Assembly (NCBI RefSeq): GCF_001194135.2 | Contig: NC_068993.1 | Location: forward strand, 59,471,415 to 59,535,414 | DNA: 64,000 nt | Reading direction: 5' to 3' | DNA from: Octopus bimaculoides | Lineage: Eukaryota | Shown here: piece by piece, positions 24,586-38,986 of the stretch | How positions within the stretch are numbered: position 1 is the stretch's first letter | How the letters are laid out: each line of letters starts with the position of its first letter | Notes under the pieces: generated by a model | Database searches by the model: none | The model's input: the letters and a program-made list of their open reading frames with translations, nothing else | What the model was told of the DNA's origin: nothing | Position numbers and translations under genes: made by a program

Positions 24586-24856
24586 AAGTCTGGTACTTAT
24601 TATGTCGGTACTTTTTGCCAAACCATTATGTTATGGTGACGTAAACAAACCGACTTCAGTTGTCAAGCGATGGTGGAGGACACACACGCACACGACCGGC
24701 TTCTTTCAGTTTCCGTTTATCGAATCCTTTCATAAAGCATTTATCGGCTCTGGATCATAGTAGAACACAGCTGTCCAAGGTGCCATGCAGCTGGACTGAA
24801 CCCAGAAGCATGTGATTGGGAAGCAAACTTCTTACCACACAGCCACACCTGCGCCT
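24586..24856 (-). mobile_element. tRNA-derived SINE in intron 1 of E
   Basis: ggcttctttcagtttccg...gactgaacccagaagcatgtgattgggaagcaaacttcttaccacacagccacacc; related copies at 30230-30500, 36155-36320, 38143-38300, 52845-52980. Confidence 0.75.
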
Positions 24857-26610
24857 ATATATGATTTTTTTTTTTTTTTCATCATGCTTCTGTATTTCTC
24901 ATTTTGAAAGACTTGTAATATACGTTCGATTTCTTTCTTTCTTGTTTTCAAAAAATACATGTTTTTAAAAATTCTTCACCATCCTTCATCCTGAAACTGC
25001 CATTCCATTCTTGAAAAACAATTCTTTAAAATTCCATTTTTTAACATTTTGTTCTAATGTTGTGGGTAAATATCACAAAGAAACTATGCCTACCACATGT
25101 TTATTGATTATTTTTCATCCCCAAATGACATTTTTTTCACACTTTTGCCGTCTAAAAAAATTTTGCTTGTATGACATGGTAAACAGGAAAAAAAAAAAAC
25201 AAAAAAAACAGGAGAAACAAGAATTTGTTAAGACAACTTAATGCATCAGTTCGATTTTTAACATCAACTGATGAACTTTTTATGACTATTTTCCAATTAA
25301 GCATCCTCCAGAAAAGGAAGAATGTAAGTTTGAGTGACAGGGAACACGTTTTCTCAGAGAGTGCTATTTGCAAGATATTTTATCCAAGACTTGCACAAGT
25401 GGATGTGTGAAGAATATGTTTGGAATTTTGGAAGTAGTATCTATAAAATGTTAATTTCAGTTGTATAAAAAGTAGAAAAGAATATTTGTATCTGAAGAAA
25501 ACTATAATTTTGTTGCTATTCACATAACTGCTGAATTGCTTTTAGCACCCAAAAGTTGTTCCTTGTTCTGAAGAGTTGTTGAGATCATAGAATGAGATAA
25601 CTGCAGATTGCATGTGATAGTATGAACGGTTCCCTCTTATTAGTATATTACTGGTAGTCATAGCTACTAGTGGTCATAAGTCAAGGATAATCTTATATAT
25701 ATGCACAATATTATATGCACCATAATATAATAGGGACGTACAGAGTATATTCTTGCATGTATCAGGAAAATCATAAAGCCAAAAAAATTTTGACAGCATG
25801 CAAAAGCTGACATGAAAATGATAATATATTAACTTCTCTAGTATATTATAACATCTTTTTTTTTTTTCTTTTTTTCGTCTTAATGTCCAAGGGATCAGAC
25901 AGAATTGAAGCAGATTTTCTATTGTCTCTAACCTTCACTTGTTTCCAAGTAAGGTAATACTGTCCCTTTACTGGTCATGTTCAGAGAAGACTGGAAACAA
26001 ATGACACTTCGTGCATCGCAGTGACTCTTGCTTGGCAAGCAGACAGTTATCTTCTTATAATATGATGTATTGTTAAAATATATTTCTCTGCTCTGTTCTA
26101 TATGTAAAATTATAGAGATACACTGGAGGAATTTGGTTGTTCTGGTCAAGGTTTCACTTCTACAATTTATAAGTATAGTAATGAAATGAAATTTATGCTG
26201 TTTATGCATTCTTGAAATCTTATACTGTTTTCCTTATTCTTTCAGAATCAGAGCTGAAACTGGCAGAAACATTTTTGTTTATTATACATTAGAAGCATCA
26301 TCAATATTTACCATCTTTTAAAGACAAAAGATGTTATACTGAACAAATATAACTATCTTCATATAAATTTAATGAATTATGTTGAAAGATTTCCGTGGGT
26401 AAGATTATTAGCAACATTTGTGTGTCATTCTCTGGAATGAGTACAATACAATTATTTAGATAAATTTATGAAGCACTTTGCATCCAGATTATGGACTTAT
26501 AGCAGAATGAATATTTGTTAGAAAGGAAAGCAGCAAACATATATATTGTGGTGAGAGAAGAAAAATTATTCAATGAAATAAATGACTGTTATTTGTTTTG
26601 TTCTAAAAAG

Positions 26611-27801
26611 ATGGCAAAAAGCTTAGCAAAGTCTTCATATGAATGTGATATCTGTAAAAAATCATTAACTTCAAGAAGTAATTTAACTACTCATATACGT
26701 ATTCATACAGGAGAGAAACCATATCACTGTGATATCTGTGGTAAAAGGTTCTCTAGAACAGATGAATTAACTGTTCATGTACGTGTTCATACAGGTGAAA
26801 AGCCATATCAGTGTGATATCTGTGGTCAGTCATTCACTCGTAAAGATATATTAACTACACACAGACGTATTCACACAGGAGAGAAACCATATAAGTGTGA
26901 TATGTGCAGTAAATCATTCTCTAAAAGTACTAACTTAACTGATCACAAACGCATTCATACTGGAGAAAAACCATACCATTGTGATTTTTGTAGTAAATCA
27001 TTTAATCAAAATAACCAGTTAATTAAACACAGACGTATTCATACAGGAGAAAAACCCTTTCACTGTGATGTCTGTGACAAATCATTCTCTCGAAATGATG
27101 AGTTAACTACACACAAACATATTCATACAGGAGAGAAGCCATATTGGTGTGATATCTGTGGTAAGTCGTTCCCTGTAAATAATGCCTTGACTGTACACAA
27201 ACGTATTCATACTGGAGAAAAACGATATCATTGTGATATTTGTGGCAAAGCATTTATTCAAAGTCGTGATTTAGAAGGACATAAAAGCACACATACTGGA
27301 GAAAAACTATATCATTGTGATATTTGTGGTAAAGCATTTTCACAAAGTCCTGCTGTAACTGTACACAAAAGAATTCATACTAGAGAAAAGCCATATCACT
27401 GTGATATCTGTGGTAAATCATTCCCTCGAAGTGATTATTTGCGTGATCACAAACGTATTCATACGGGAGAAATACCATATTGTGAAATCTGTGGTAAATC
27501 ATTTATTCGGAGTAACTATTTAAAGGGACATAAACGTATTCATACTGGAGAAAAGCCATATCATTGTGATATCTGTGGTAAAGCATTCTCTCAACGTACT
27601 GCTGTAACTGTACATAAACGTGTTCATACCAGAGAGAGGCCATATCATTGTGATATCTGTGGTAAATCATTCTCTTACAGTTACCTATTGAATAAGCACA
27701 AATGTATTCATATGGGAGAAAATTCATATCCGTGTAATATCTGTGGTAAATCATTCTCTCAACAGGATGATTTAGCTATTCATGTCTGTATTCTTCCATG
27801 A
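26611..27801 (+). CDS. C2H2 zinc finger protein, copy E (13 fingers + degenerate terminal finger, 396 aa)
   Basis: Intact ORF from the conserved ATG; acceptor ttctaaaaag abuts the ATG. Confidence 0.95.
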   Translation: MAKSLAKSSYECDICKKSLTSRSNLTTHIRIHTGEKPYHCDICGKRFSRTDELTVHVRVHTGEKPYQCDICGQSFTRKDILTTHRRIHTGEKPYKCDMCSKSFSKSTNLTDHKRIHTGEKPYHCDFCSKSFNQNNQLIKHRRIHTGEKPFHCDVCDKSFSRNDELTTHKHIHTGEKPYWCDICGKSFPVNNALTVHKRIHTGEKRYHCDICGKAFIQSRDLEGHKSTHTGEKLYHCDICGKAFSQSPAVTVHKRIHTREKPYHCDICGKSFPRSDYLRDHKRIHTGEIPYCEICGKSFIRSNYLKGHKRIHTGEKPYHCDICGKAFSQRTAVTVHKRVHTRERPYHCDICGKSFSYSYLLNKHKCIHMGENSYPCNICGKSFSQQDDLAIHVCILP

Positions 27802-28554
27802 GAGAATGAATTTCTTTGTGGTAGGTAAGTGACTGAGATATTTCTTAACTGCAAGCATTCATACCCATGTATGGTACTAAATAATAAGGAATAAATAAAT
27901 CATAAAATATAGTATTTCATTATGCTATACTATAAGACAAGTATATCATGTGCATAGCTGGATTGTGGGTACACTTTTTCTGTATGTTATGTATATTCTT
28001 TCAGGTATATTATGTTTCTTGTTTTATCATTATTGTATTTGATCAAGAGACCAATTCTTTTGTTGGTAATGTCTATAATTTTATCTTTGACATGGTTCCT
28101 TCATGAGTTTATGGTAAAAATTAATGTTTATTTGTCATTGTCATATTAAATTTTACATTAAAACAAAAAGCAGTGGAGCAATGAGAAATATCTTGTCTTT
28201 AGACTGCCTCTCACTTGGTTCCCATCAACCAACTCACTACATTACATCTCCACTACAAAGCCACCAACATCACCATTTCATCTACAATATCATCTTATTA
28301 TTTACATCTCATTCACTTCCTCATAACATCAGATCAAATCTTGTATCAAATAGTATCAATAAATTAAATAGCTTTAAAGTGAACAATCGGTGAAAATCAG
28401 TTTAGAAAATACAAAAACAAAAACAGGCTAATTTTAGAGTAAACCAGTTTTATTCAGAGTTTAAATTGATATAAAAATACAAAGAGACTGTTGCAGTCAG
28501 AATTCTGGAATTTACACTAGTAACGACAAAATGCTTGAGATAACAATCATCATT

Positions 28555-28602
<48 letters not shown>

Positions 28603-29569
28603 TGGTCCAACATTGACAATGGACATAAAAAAAATATTGATGATAATAATTCCAATTTTGTTTAAGAGAAATTTTTTAAAAAAAATGTTATGTTTGGCTG
28701 TTATTTCTAGCATGTGAGGAGACCTTCTAGGCTTAACTTCATGTGCTGGTTGAAAATCACCTAAAAATGATTCTGGGGTCGACACATTCGATTAAAAAAT
28801 TCTCAAAGTGATGCCCCAGCATGGCCAGTCTAATGATTACAAATAAAAAGTTTAAAAAAAAAAAGCAAAAATAACCGTGGGGCTTTTGTCCACTTTCACA
28901 CTTTAACTACGGGGTTTTAGTCCGGATCCCGTTTATGATATGTAGTAAATAGGAAAGGGTAAGGTAAAGACCCCCTTCGGTTATGAATGACCATGGGGTT
29001 GGTCCTAGAAAGTTCCCTCCGAGGCACAAGTCCGGGCAAGGTTGTTTATGGAAGACCAGCAGTCACACATGCATATCAGCCTCCGCTCAACACGCTTATC
29101 CAAGGGAATGTCAAAATCCGATACAGATTGGCACCAGTGACATTGCAACTCATTTCTACAGCTGAGTGAACTGCAGCAACGTGAAATAAAGTGTCTTGCT
29201 CAAGAACACAACTCACAGCTCGTTGCAGGAATCGAGCTTACTACCTCATGATTGTGGTATACATCATAAATATATTGTATGTATTAATAGCAAACACATA
29301 CACATCATTTTGGCATTGTGTAGCGTGGAATATATTAATGAACTCCAATCAAGATTGAATGGTATAAACTTGTGGGAAATCTGACTGCTATTTCTAGCAG
29401 ATCGTTCAAGTACGTAGAGGTTCCATTGCACCTACATCGTTGTTTAGTCCAAGAAAAACCACGACTGAGCAGTTTTGCCTATCCAGTGCCGGTCAATTGA
29501 CAGTTAACAGAATAATTACGAAACTATGTGTATCCATATTTTGGTTTTCTATTTATTATAATAAATGTT

Positions 29570-29686
29570 TATCCGGATTCTGTTACTTCCGCCTAGCATC
29601 TTACCATAATCATTTCCGGCGACGAACTTTGTCGCATGTTAATCGAATTTATCAAAGAAAATAGAAAGGTAAAAGGAAAAGTAAGT
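29570..29686 (+). promoter_or_regulatory. Putative promoter/exon 1 of ZNF F, donor GTAAGT at 29681
   Basis: ACTTCCGCC at 29585 and TTTCCGGCG at 29613. Confidence 0.7.
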
Positions 29687-32128
29687 ATTTATAGTGTTTA
29701 AATCGATGTTAAATATTTTCAGGACGGATCTTCGGAATAACTGTTCCCCATGAGGGGAATGAAAAGAGCAAAGAACTGGGAGGGTTCTTTCTTCCCCTTC
29801 ATGAATTTAATATATTACGATTGTCCGCCAAAATTTCTATCAGAATCGTAATTTCCTTTGTATCAAACAAAGAAATACTACAAGAAAGTGGGGTGGCTTT
29901 CGAATTAGCTCTCAGTAATAAAATAGAATTTCTCAGACATTTCACCATTTTATAGAATCTCACTTCGCAAAACATATTAATCGCCTTCTTAAAAGAAACA
30001 AAAAGGAAAAAATTCAGTATCTTTGCTTTTTTGAAATGTCCCAGTCTTTCCGTCCTTCTCAATTACTCCTTCGGAATAGCTGCCACGATTCATATGGTTT
30101 TTTTTTTTTTTTTTCAATCTTCTGTCTATTCTGAAATATTTACAATTCACAATAGAAATAAAATAGAAAACAAAACCTACCAACTGCACCTCACTTTTCA
30201 TCGCTCATCGCACCTTCCACTATCTGTATGTTTTACTTGTTTCAGTCATTAGACTGCCGCCAGGTTGGGGCATCGACTTCAAAGGTTTAGTCGAACAAAT
30301 CAATCCCAGCAATTATTTTTTGATGCCTGGTACTTATTATATCGGTTACTGTTTCCCCAACCGTTAAGTTACGATGACGTAAACAGATCGACTTCAGTTG
30401 TGAAGCGGTGGTGAAACACACGCATGCATACATACCTATACACGACCGGCTTCTTTCAGTTTGCGTGTATCTAATCTTTTCATAAAGCATTTATCGGTCG
30501 TGTATTGGTATGTATGCATGCGTGTGTTTCTGCTGCACTGAAACACGTTTTCTCAGAGTGCTATTTGCAAGATATTTTATCGAAGACTTACACAAGTGGA
30601 TGTGTGAAGAATATGATTGGAATTTTGAAAGTAGTATCTATAAAATGTTAATTTCAGTTGTTTAAAAAGTAGAAAATAATATTTGTAACTGAAGAAACGT
30701 ATAATATCCTTGCTATCCACATGGCTGCTGAATGGCTTTCAACACCCAAAAGTTGTTCCTTGTCTTGAAGAGTTGTGGAGATCATAGAATGAGACAACTG
30801 GTGATTACATGTGATAGTGTGGACAGTTCCCATCATGAAAATGATGATATATCAACTTGTGTATTATAATATTGTTTCTTTTTTTCCGTTTTAATGCCAA
30901 GGCATTCAGACAGAATTGAAGCAGATTTTCTATTATCTGCAACCTTCACTTGTTTCCAAGTAAGGTAATACTGTCCCTTTACTGGTCATGTTCACAGAAG
31001 ACTAGAAACATATGACAGTGACTCTTGCTAGGCAAGCAGACAATTATCCTTTTCGGAGATGATGTATTGTTAAAATATATTTCTCTGCTCTGTTCTATAT
31101 GTAAAATTATAGAGATACACTGGAGGAATTTGGTTGTTCTGGTCAAGGTTTCACTTCTACAATTTATAGATATAGTAATGAAATGAAATTTATGCTGTTT
31201 ATGTATCCTTGAAATCTTATACTGTTTTCCTTATTATTTCAGAATCAGAGCTGAAACTGGCAGAAACAATTTCGTTTTTTATACAACAGAAGCATCATCA
31301 ATATTTATCATCTTTTAAAGACAAAAGATGTTATACTGAACAAATATAACCATTTACATATAAATTTAATGAATTACGTTNNNNNNNNNNNNNNNNNNNN
31401 NNNNNNNNNNNNNNNNNNNNNNNNNNNNNNNNNNNNNNNNNNNNNNNNNNNNNNNNNNNNNNNNNNNNNNNNNNNNNNNNNNNNNNNNNNNNNNNNNNNN
31501 NNNNNNNNNNNNNNNNNNNNNNNNNNNNNNNNNNNNNNNNNNNNNNNNNNNNNNNNNNNNNNNNNNNNNNNNNNNNNNNNNNNNNNNNNNNNNNNNNNNN
31601 NNNNNNNNNNNNNNNNNNNNNNNNNNNNNNNNNNNNNNNNNNNNNNNNNNNNNNNNNNNNNNNNNNNNNNNNNNNNNNNNNNNNNNNNNNNNNNNNNNNN
31701 NNNNNNNNNNNNNNNNNNNNNNNNNNNNNNNNNNNNNNNNNNNNNNNNNNNNNNNNNNNNNNNNNNNNNNNNNNNNNNNNNNNNNNNNNNNNNNNNNNNN
31801 NNNNNNNNNNNNNNNNNNNNNNNNNNNNNNNNNNNNNNNNNNNNNNNNNNNNNNNNNNNNNNNNNNNNNNNNNNNNNNNNNNNNNNNNNNNNNNNNNNNN
31901 NNNNNNNNNNNNNNNNNNNNNNNNNNNNNNNNNNNNNNNNNNNNNNNNNNNNNNNNNNNNNNNNNNNNNNNNNNNNNNNNNNNNNNNNNNNNNNNNNNNN
32001 NNNNNNNNNNNNNNNNNNNNNNNNNNNNNNNNNNNNNNNNNNNNNNNNNNNNNNNNNNNNNNNNNNNNNNNNNNNNNNNNNNNNNNNNNNNNNNNNNNNN
32101 NNNNNNNNNNNNNNNNNNNNNNNNNNNN

Positions 32129-32987
32129 GAGAGAAACCATATCAGTGTGATATGTGCAGTAAATCATTCGCTAAAAGTACTAACTTAACTGATCACAAAC
32201 GCATTCATACTGGAGAAAAACCATATCACTGTGATATCTGTGGTAAATCATTCAATCAAAATAACCAGTTAATTAAACACATACGCATTCATACAGGAGA
32301 AAAACCCTATCACTGTGACGCCTGTGACAAATCATTCTCTCGAAATGATGAGTTAACTGCACACAAACACGTTCATACAGGAGAGAAACCTTATAGGTGC
32401 GATATCTGTGGTAAATCATATACTCTAAATAATGCTTTGACTGTACACAAACGTATTCATACTGGAGAAAAACGATTTATTTGTGATATTTGTGGTCAAG
32501 CATTTATTCGAAATTCTTCTTTAGAAGGACATAAAAGAATTCATACTGGAGAAAAACTATATCATTGTGATATTTGTGGTAAAGCATTTACACATAGTCC
32601 TGCTGTAACTGTACACAAACGCATTCATACAAGAGAAAAACCATATCATTGTGATATTTGTGGTAAATCATTCCTTCAAAGTGGTTGCTTGCGTGATCAC
32701 AAACGTATTCATACTGGAGAAAAACCATATCATTGTGATGTCTGTGGTAAATCATTTATTCAGAGTAACGATTTAAAGGGACATGTACGTATTCACACTG
32801 GAGAAAAACCATATCATTGTGATATCTGTGGTAAATCATTCTCTCAACGTGCTGCTGTAACTGTTCACAAACGTGTTCATACCAGAGAAACGCCATATCA
32901 CTGTGATATCTGTGGTAAATCATTCTCTCAACTTACTGCTATAACAGTACATAAACGTGTTCATACCAGAGAAAAGCCATTTCATTG
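32129..32987 (+). CDS. C2H2 zinc finger protein, copy F (partial; 10 fingers visible, both ends in gaps)
   Basis: Open frame of tandem fingers between two N gaps; conserved exon-2 acceptor at 31242. Confidence 0.9.
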
Positions 32988-34953
32988 NNNNNNNNNNNNN
33001 NNNNNNNNNNNNNNNNNNNNNNNNNNNNNNNNNNNNNNNNNNNNNNNNNNNNNNNNNNNNNNNNNNNNNNNNNNNNNNNNNNNNNNNNNNNNNNNNNNNN
33101 NNNNNNNNNNNNNNNNNNNNNNNNNNNNNNNNNNNNNNNNNNNNNNNNNNNNNNNNNNNNNNNNNNNNNNNNNNNNNNNNNNNNNNNNNNNNNNNNNNNN
33201 NNNNNNNNNNNNNNNNNNNNNNNNNNNNNNNNNNNNNNNNNNNNNNNNNNNNNNNNNNNNNNNNNNNNNNNNNNNNNNNNNNNNNNNNNNNNNNNNNNNN
33301 NNNNNNNNNNNNNNNNNNNNNNNNNNNNNNNNNNNNNNNNNNNNNNNNNNNNNNNNNNNNNNNNNNNNNNNNNNNNNNNNNNNNNNNNNNNNNNNNNNNN
33401 NNNNNNNNNNNNNNNNNNNNNNNNNNNNNNNNNNNNNNNNNNNNNNNNNNNNNNNNNNNNNNNNNNNNNNNNNNNNNNNNNNNNNNNNNNNNNNNNNNNN
33501 NNNNNNNNNNNNNNNNNNNNNNNNNNATATTCTTTCAGGTATATTATATTGATTCTTGTTTTATCATTATTGTATTTTATCCAGAGATTAATTCTGTTGT
33601 TGGTAATACCTATAATTTTATCTATGACATAGTTTATGATGAAAATTAATGTTAATTTGTCATTGTAGTATTAAACTTTACATAATAACAAAATTAGTGG
33701 GGTAATGTTTTGAATTATCGTCATCAATGCTGGAATGTGTTGGAGCACATCATCATCATCATCAGCGTCATTGAATGATGATAATGATGATTGTCATCTC
33801 GAGCATTTTGTCATTTCAAGTGTAAATTCCAAAGTTCTGGCTGCGAGTCTTTATCAATTTTTATAACAATTTAAACTCTAAATAAAACTGGTTTACTATG
33901 AAATTATCCTGTTTTTGTTTTTGTATTTTCTAAACTGATTTTCACCAACTGCTTACTTATAACCCTATATAATTTATTGACACTATTTGATACAAGATAT
34001 GATCTGATGTGAATGAGATGTAAATAATAGGATGATATTGTAGATGAAATGGTGATGTTGGTGGCTTTGTAGTGGAGATTTGATATAGGTTGATGAGAGC
34101 CAAGTTAGAGGCTGTCTAAGGACGATATTTCCCATTCTCAGATAATATTACTTTCAAATTTTGGCACAAGTCTGGCAACTTCAGGGGAGTTGGGGGTAAG
34201 TCGACTACATTGAAGCCAGAGTTCAGCTGGTACTTATTTTATCGACCTGAAATGATGAAAGCAAAGTTATACTCAGTAGAAATTGAACCCAGAACATAAA
34301 GGCAGATGAAATGTTGCTGATCATTTTGCCTGTCAGATCACTCCATTTTTCCGCTCTTTCCAAACCATAATTTATAGACAGTGAAAGGATGAAAGGTAAA
34401 GTCAACCTAGGTTATATTTAAACTCAGATGTGCTGGTGGCACATGTAAAAGGCATCCGTGTTGGTGATATGTAAAAAGCACCCAATACACTCTGGAGTGA
34501 TTGACAGTTGGAAGAGCACCCAGCCACATCCATTTGTGCATACATGCTTTGTGTCTTTCCAGCCTTCTCAAATTCTCTGCATTTGAAGTAAATGTCTAAG
34601 AACCATGCAGCATTGCAGTTCCAACACAAGCATCATACAATCTGCCCTTCACCATTAGGAAAAATATTGCTGTTGTTAACAGTGGTAATAGCGCTGAACT
34701 TTCTCCAAATAGTACTTACTCTAAAGCTATACTTTCAGAACAACTACCTGTTCTGCTAATTACACCTCTAAGGTAACAAAAGCTATCAAAGAAAACGACT
34801 TTTGTTCACTTTTCCGTGGCCATGGCCAATTTCGACATTCTTTAACAGTAAGTTTACTTATTTTTCTCGTTATTTTCCTCTTCAATTTTTATTTACTTTT
34901 TTAAACACCTTATACTGAAAGTACCCATATATATATATATATATATATATATA

Positions 34954-35935
34954 TCATCATCATCATCATCATCATCGTTTAACGTCCGCTTTCCATGCTA
35001 GCATGGGTTGGACGATTTGACTGAGGACTGGTGAAACCGGATGGCAACACCAGGCTCCAGTTTGATTTGGCAGAGTTTCTACAGCTGGATGCCCTTCCTA
35101 ACGCCAACCACTCAGAGAGTGTAGTGGGTGCTTTTACGTGTCACCCGCACGAAAACGGCCACGCTCGAAATNNNNNNNNNNNNNNNNNNNNNNNNNNNNN
35201 NNNNNNNNNNNNNNNNNNNNNNNNNNNNNNNNNNNNNNNNNNNNNNNNNNNNNNNNNNNNNNNNNNNNNNNNNNNNNNNNNNNNNNNNNNNNNNNNNNNN
35301 NNNNNNNNNNNNNNNNNNNNNNNNNNNNNNNNNNNNNNNNNNNNNNNNNNNNNNNNNNNNNNNNNNNNNNNNNNNNNNNNNNNNNNNNNNNNNNNNNNNN
35401 NNNNNNNNNNNNNNNNNNNNNNNNNNNNNNNNNNNNNNNNNNNNNNNNNNNNNNNNNNNNNNNNNNNNNNNNNNNNNNNNNNNNNNNNNNNNNNNNNNNN
35501 NNNNNNNNNNNNNNNNNNNNNNNNNNNNNNNNNNNNNNNNNNNNNNNNNNNNNNNNNNNNNNNNNNNNNNNNNNNNNNNNNNNNNNNNNNNNNNNNNNNN
35601 NNNNNNNNNNNNNNNNNNNNNNNNNNNNNNNNNNNNNNNNNNNNNNNNNNNNNNNNNNNNNNNNNNNNNNNNNNNNNNNNNNNNNNNNNNNNNNNNNNNN
35701 NNNNNNNNNNNNNNNNNNNNNNNNNNNNNNNNNNNNNNNNNNNNNNNNNNNNNNNNNNNNNNNNNNNNNNNNNNNNNNNNNNNNNNNNNNNNNCCACATG
35801 TCCATACCAGCGCAATCGTCTCTCTTGCACGCCACAACTGATGCTTCTAATGTTCAGCTTTTCTCTCAAGATACTTACACTCTGACGGGTATTCACATTG
35901 ACATTACACATCCAACGGAGCATACTGGCTTCACG
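34954..35935 (-). mobile_element. Young 5'-truncated RTE LINE with (GAT)n tail, spanning a gap
   Basis: EASMLRWMCNVNVNTRQSVSILREKLNIRSISCGVQERRLRWYGHV on the right; 3' end gcatggaaagcggacgttaaacgatgatgat on the left. Confidence 0.9.
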
Positions 35936-36674
35936 GAGCATAATACAAAGAATATATATACATGTATACACACATATATGTACATACTTACATCTACATG
36001 TGTATATATGCATATCAGGGTACAGGACGTTAGAACAATGAACTACAGACAACGGAACGAACACATAGGAAAACGGAAAGCCACTTGGAATATTCCTTCA
36101 TCAGCTGTCTCTATTCTATATATATATATATATTGAAAGAGTACCTATATATATACGACGGGCTTCTTTCAGTTTCCGTCTACCATGTCCACTCTCAAGG
36201 CTTTGGTCAGGCTGAGGCTATAGTAGAAGACAGTTGTCCAAAGTGCCACGCAATGGGACTGAACACGGAGCCATGTGATTGGTATAGAAGCTACTTACCA
36301 TGCATCCACTCCTGCGCCTATTGTACGTATTAATAAAAAGTACGTACACAGCATTGCGGCATTGTATAGCGTGGAATGACATTAACGAACATAGTCCCCC
36401 AATCAAGATTGAATGGTATAACTTAAGATAAAATTGACAGTAGAACAACTACGAAACTATGTGTAATATTAAATCTCTAAAAGTATCCATATTCTGTTTT
36501 TCTATTTATGATAATAAATGTTATGGATCTGTTTATTAATTGGTTTTGCAAGAATCCAGATGTGAAATCGCGTGTTGTTTTTGTTTCTTTTCGTTTTTTT
36601 CTTTTTGCCAAATAAACACACGCACTATATATTTTTTGTTCACTCGTGTATTATTGTTATAATAATAAATGTTT

Positions 36675-36790
36675 ATCCGGATTCTGTTACTTCCGCCTAG
36701 CATCTTACCATAATCATTTCCGGCGAAGAACTTTGTCGCATGTTAATTGAATTTAGCAAAGAAAATATAAAGGTAAAAGGAAAAGTAAGT
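36675..36790 (+). promoter_or_regulatory. Putative promoter/exon 1 of ZNF G, donor GTAAGT at 36785
   Basis: ACTTCCGCC at 36689 and TTTCCGGCG. Confidence 0.7.
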
Positions 36791-37480
36791 ATTTATAGTG
36801 TTTAAATCGATATAAAATATTTTCAATGCGGATCTTCGGAATAACTGTTGTTTCTCCACGGGAAATGAAAAGAGCAAAAACGTGGGAGGGTTTTTTCTTC
36901 CCCTTCATGATTTTCATAGATTACGATTGTCCGCCAAAATTTCTATCAGAATCGTAATTTCCTTTGTATCAAACATAGGAATACTACGAAAAAAAGAAAT
37001 GGGTTGGCTTTCGAAATAGCTGTTTCTGGTAAAATAGAATTGCTCTGAGTTTTTTTTTTTGTTTCATTTGTTGTATTTTCATAATTATTTAGCATCGCAC
37101 TTTGCAAAACAGATATTAAAAAGAAAAGAAATTGAGTATCTTTGCTTTTTTGAAATGTCTCAGTCTCTTTGTCCCTCTCTATTACACCTTCGGAATAGCT
37201 GCCACGATTCTCATGAATTAATTTTCTTTCCGATTTTCCGTCTGTCCTNNNNNNNNNNNNNNNNNNNNNNNNNNNNNNNNNNNNNNNNNNNNNNNNNNNN
37301 NNNNNNNNNNNNNNNNNNNNNNNNNNNNNNNNNNNNNNNNNNNNNNNNNNNNNNNNNNNNNNNNNNNNNNNNNNNNNNNNNNNNNNNNNNNNNNNNNNNN
37401 NNNNNNNNNNNNNNNNNNNNNNNNNNNNNNNNNNNNNNNNNNNNNNNNNNNNNNNNNNNNNNNNNNNNNNNNNNNNNNNA

Positions 37481-38140
37481 TCGTATATACTAGAGTAAAA
37501 GTCGATCCCCTATTTGGTGATCTTTCGGTACTTATATCGAATTTGTGCCCCTATTTTTGGCAAAAATATGGGTAATTTTCCATGGACCCATATAGAAGCT
37601 CACCCTAGTAATTCACGAACAACAGAACAACATTTGTTGGTGAAGGTACAGTGTTATCCTGTACAACTCTACACCATATTATGGACAATATACTGGTGAT
37701 CCAGCAAACCTCTTTTGAAACACCCCGAGTAGGTATCAGGTGCCTGCACCGTATTACAGTAGGTAGTGGCATGCTGGTACCAGGTAGGTAGATATGTTAC
37801 CTGTGGAGATATAACCTAATTATGAGATATAGATTAATTTCACTCAGCTAGTCTGGTAAGTTTGATGGATACAAATAAAAGAGATAAGGTAAATATTTTT
37901 AAGAGCTACGTGGCTTTCTTTATGGGTTTTGTTATTTATTAGGACGTGTGTTTTGATGCACAGAATTCGTAATATTACTAATTGTGTTGTTTTTATTCGC
38001 TTAGAGGTCGTTTGGATTTCTGTTGCTGATTATAGCTTGAATTTCAGCCGCTTAAGAGTATTATCCATAGAATAGTCGGCCCCTAAATTTGGCCTTAAAA
38101 TATGGTCTAAAAAATTCAACTTTTACATGAGTATATACGG
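37481..38140. mobile_element. 660-bp Tc1/mariner-superfamily (Tc2/pogo-like) MITE in intron 1 of G
   Basis: TIR tcgtatatactagagtaaaagtcga vs ttcaacttttacatgagtatatacgg|TA; same terminus at 48561-48594 in H. Confidence 0.7.
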
Positions 38141-38986
38141 TATATTTTTTACTTGTTTCAGCCATTAGAGTGCGGCCAGGCTGGGGCATCGCCTTAAAAG
38201 GTTTAGTTGAACAAATAGATCCCAACTGTTGCAAGTCTGGTACTTAATTATGTCGGTTACTTTTTGCCCAACCGCTATATTACGGTGACGTAAACGAACC
38301 AACTAAAAAAATTCTTTACCATCCTTCATCCTGAAATTACCATTCCATTCTTGAAAAAGAATTCTTTAAAATTCCATTTTTCAACATTTCGTTCGTGAAG
38401 AATATGATTGCAATTTTGAAAGTAGTATCTATAAAATGATAATTTCAGTTGTTTAAAAAGTAGATACACTGGAGGAATTCATTTGTTCTGGTCAAGGTTT
38501 CACTTCTACAATTTATAACTATAGTAATGAAATGAAATTTATGCTGTTTATGCATTCTTGAAATCTTATACTGTTTTCCTTATTATTTCAGAATCAGAGC
38601 AGAAACTGGCATAAACAATTTCGTTTTTACACAACAGAAGCATCAACAATATTTATCATCTTTTAAGGACAAAAGATGTTAAACTGAACAAATATAACCA
38701 TTTTCATATAAATTTAATGAATTACGTTGAAAGATTTCCTCTGGGTAAGATTATTAAGCAACATTTGTGTGTGTCATTCTCTGGAATGAGTCCAATACAA
38801 TTCTGCATTTTAAATATATTCAGGTAGATTTATGAAGCACTTTGCATCCAGATGATGGACATATAGCAGAAGGAATATTTGTTAGAAATAAATTATAGAA
38901 AGAAAAGCAGCAAACATATATTGTGGTAAGAGAAGAAAAATTATTATTGAATGAGTTAAACAACTGTTACTTTTGGTTCTAAAAAG

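Noticed and set aside
26246-26398. Exon 2 as a coding exon supplying an N-terminal domain
   Set aside because: The reading frame is not conserved among E, G and I (1-nt indels).
26515-26610. In-frame N-terminal extensions in the ORF track for D, E, H and I
   Set aside because: They start at non-conserved codons, are absent in A, B, C and G, and lie in the predicted second intron; no effector domain is recognisable.
28450-28785. Poly-His and poly-Ile/Leu ORFs (also 58596-58877, 63612-63958)
   Set aside because: Translations of (GAT)n and (ATA)n microsatellites.
31381-32128. Gap length suggesting about three extra fingers in F
   Set aside because: The gap size is only an estimate; the excess is 253 or 223 nt depending on the paralog used.
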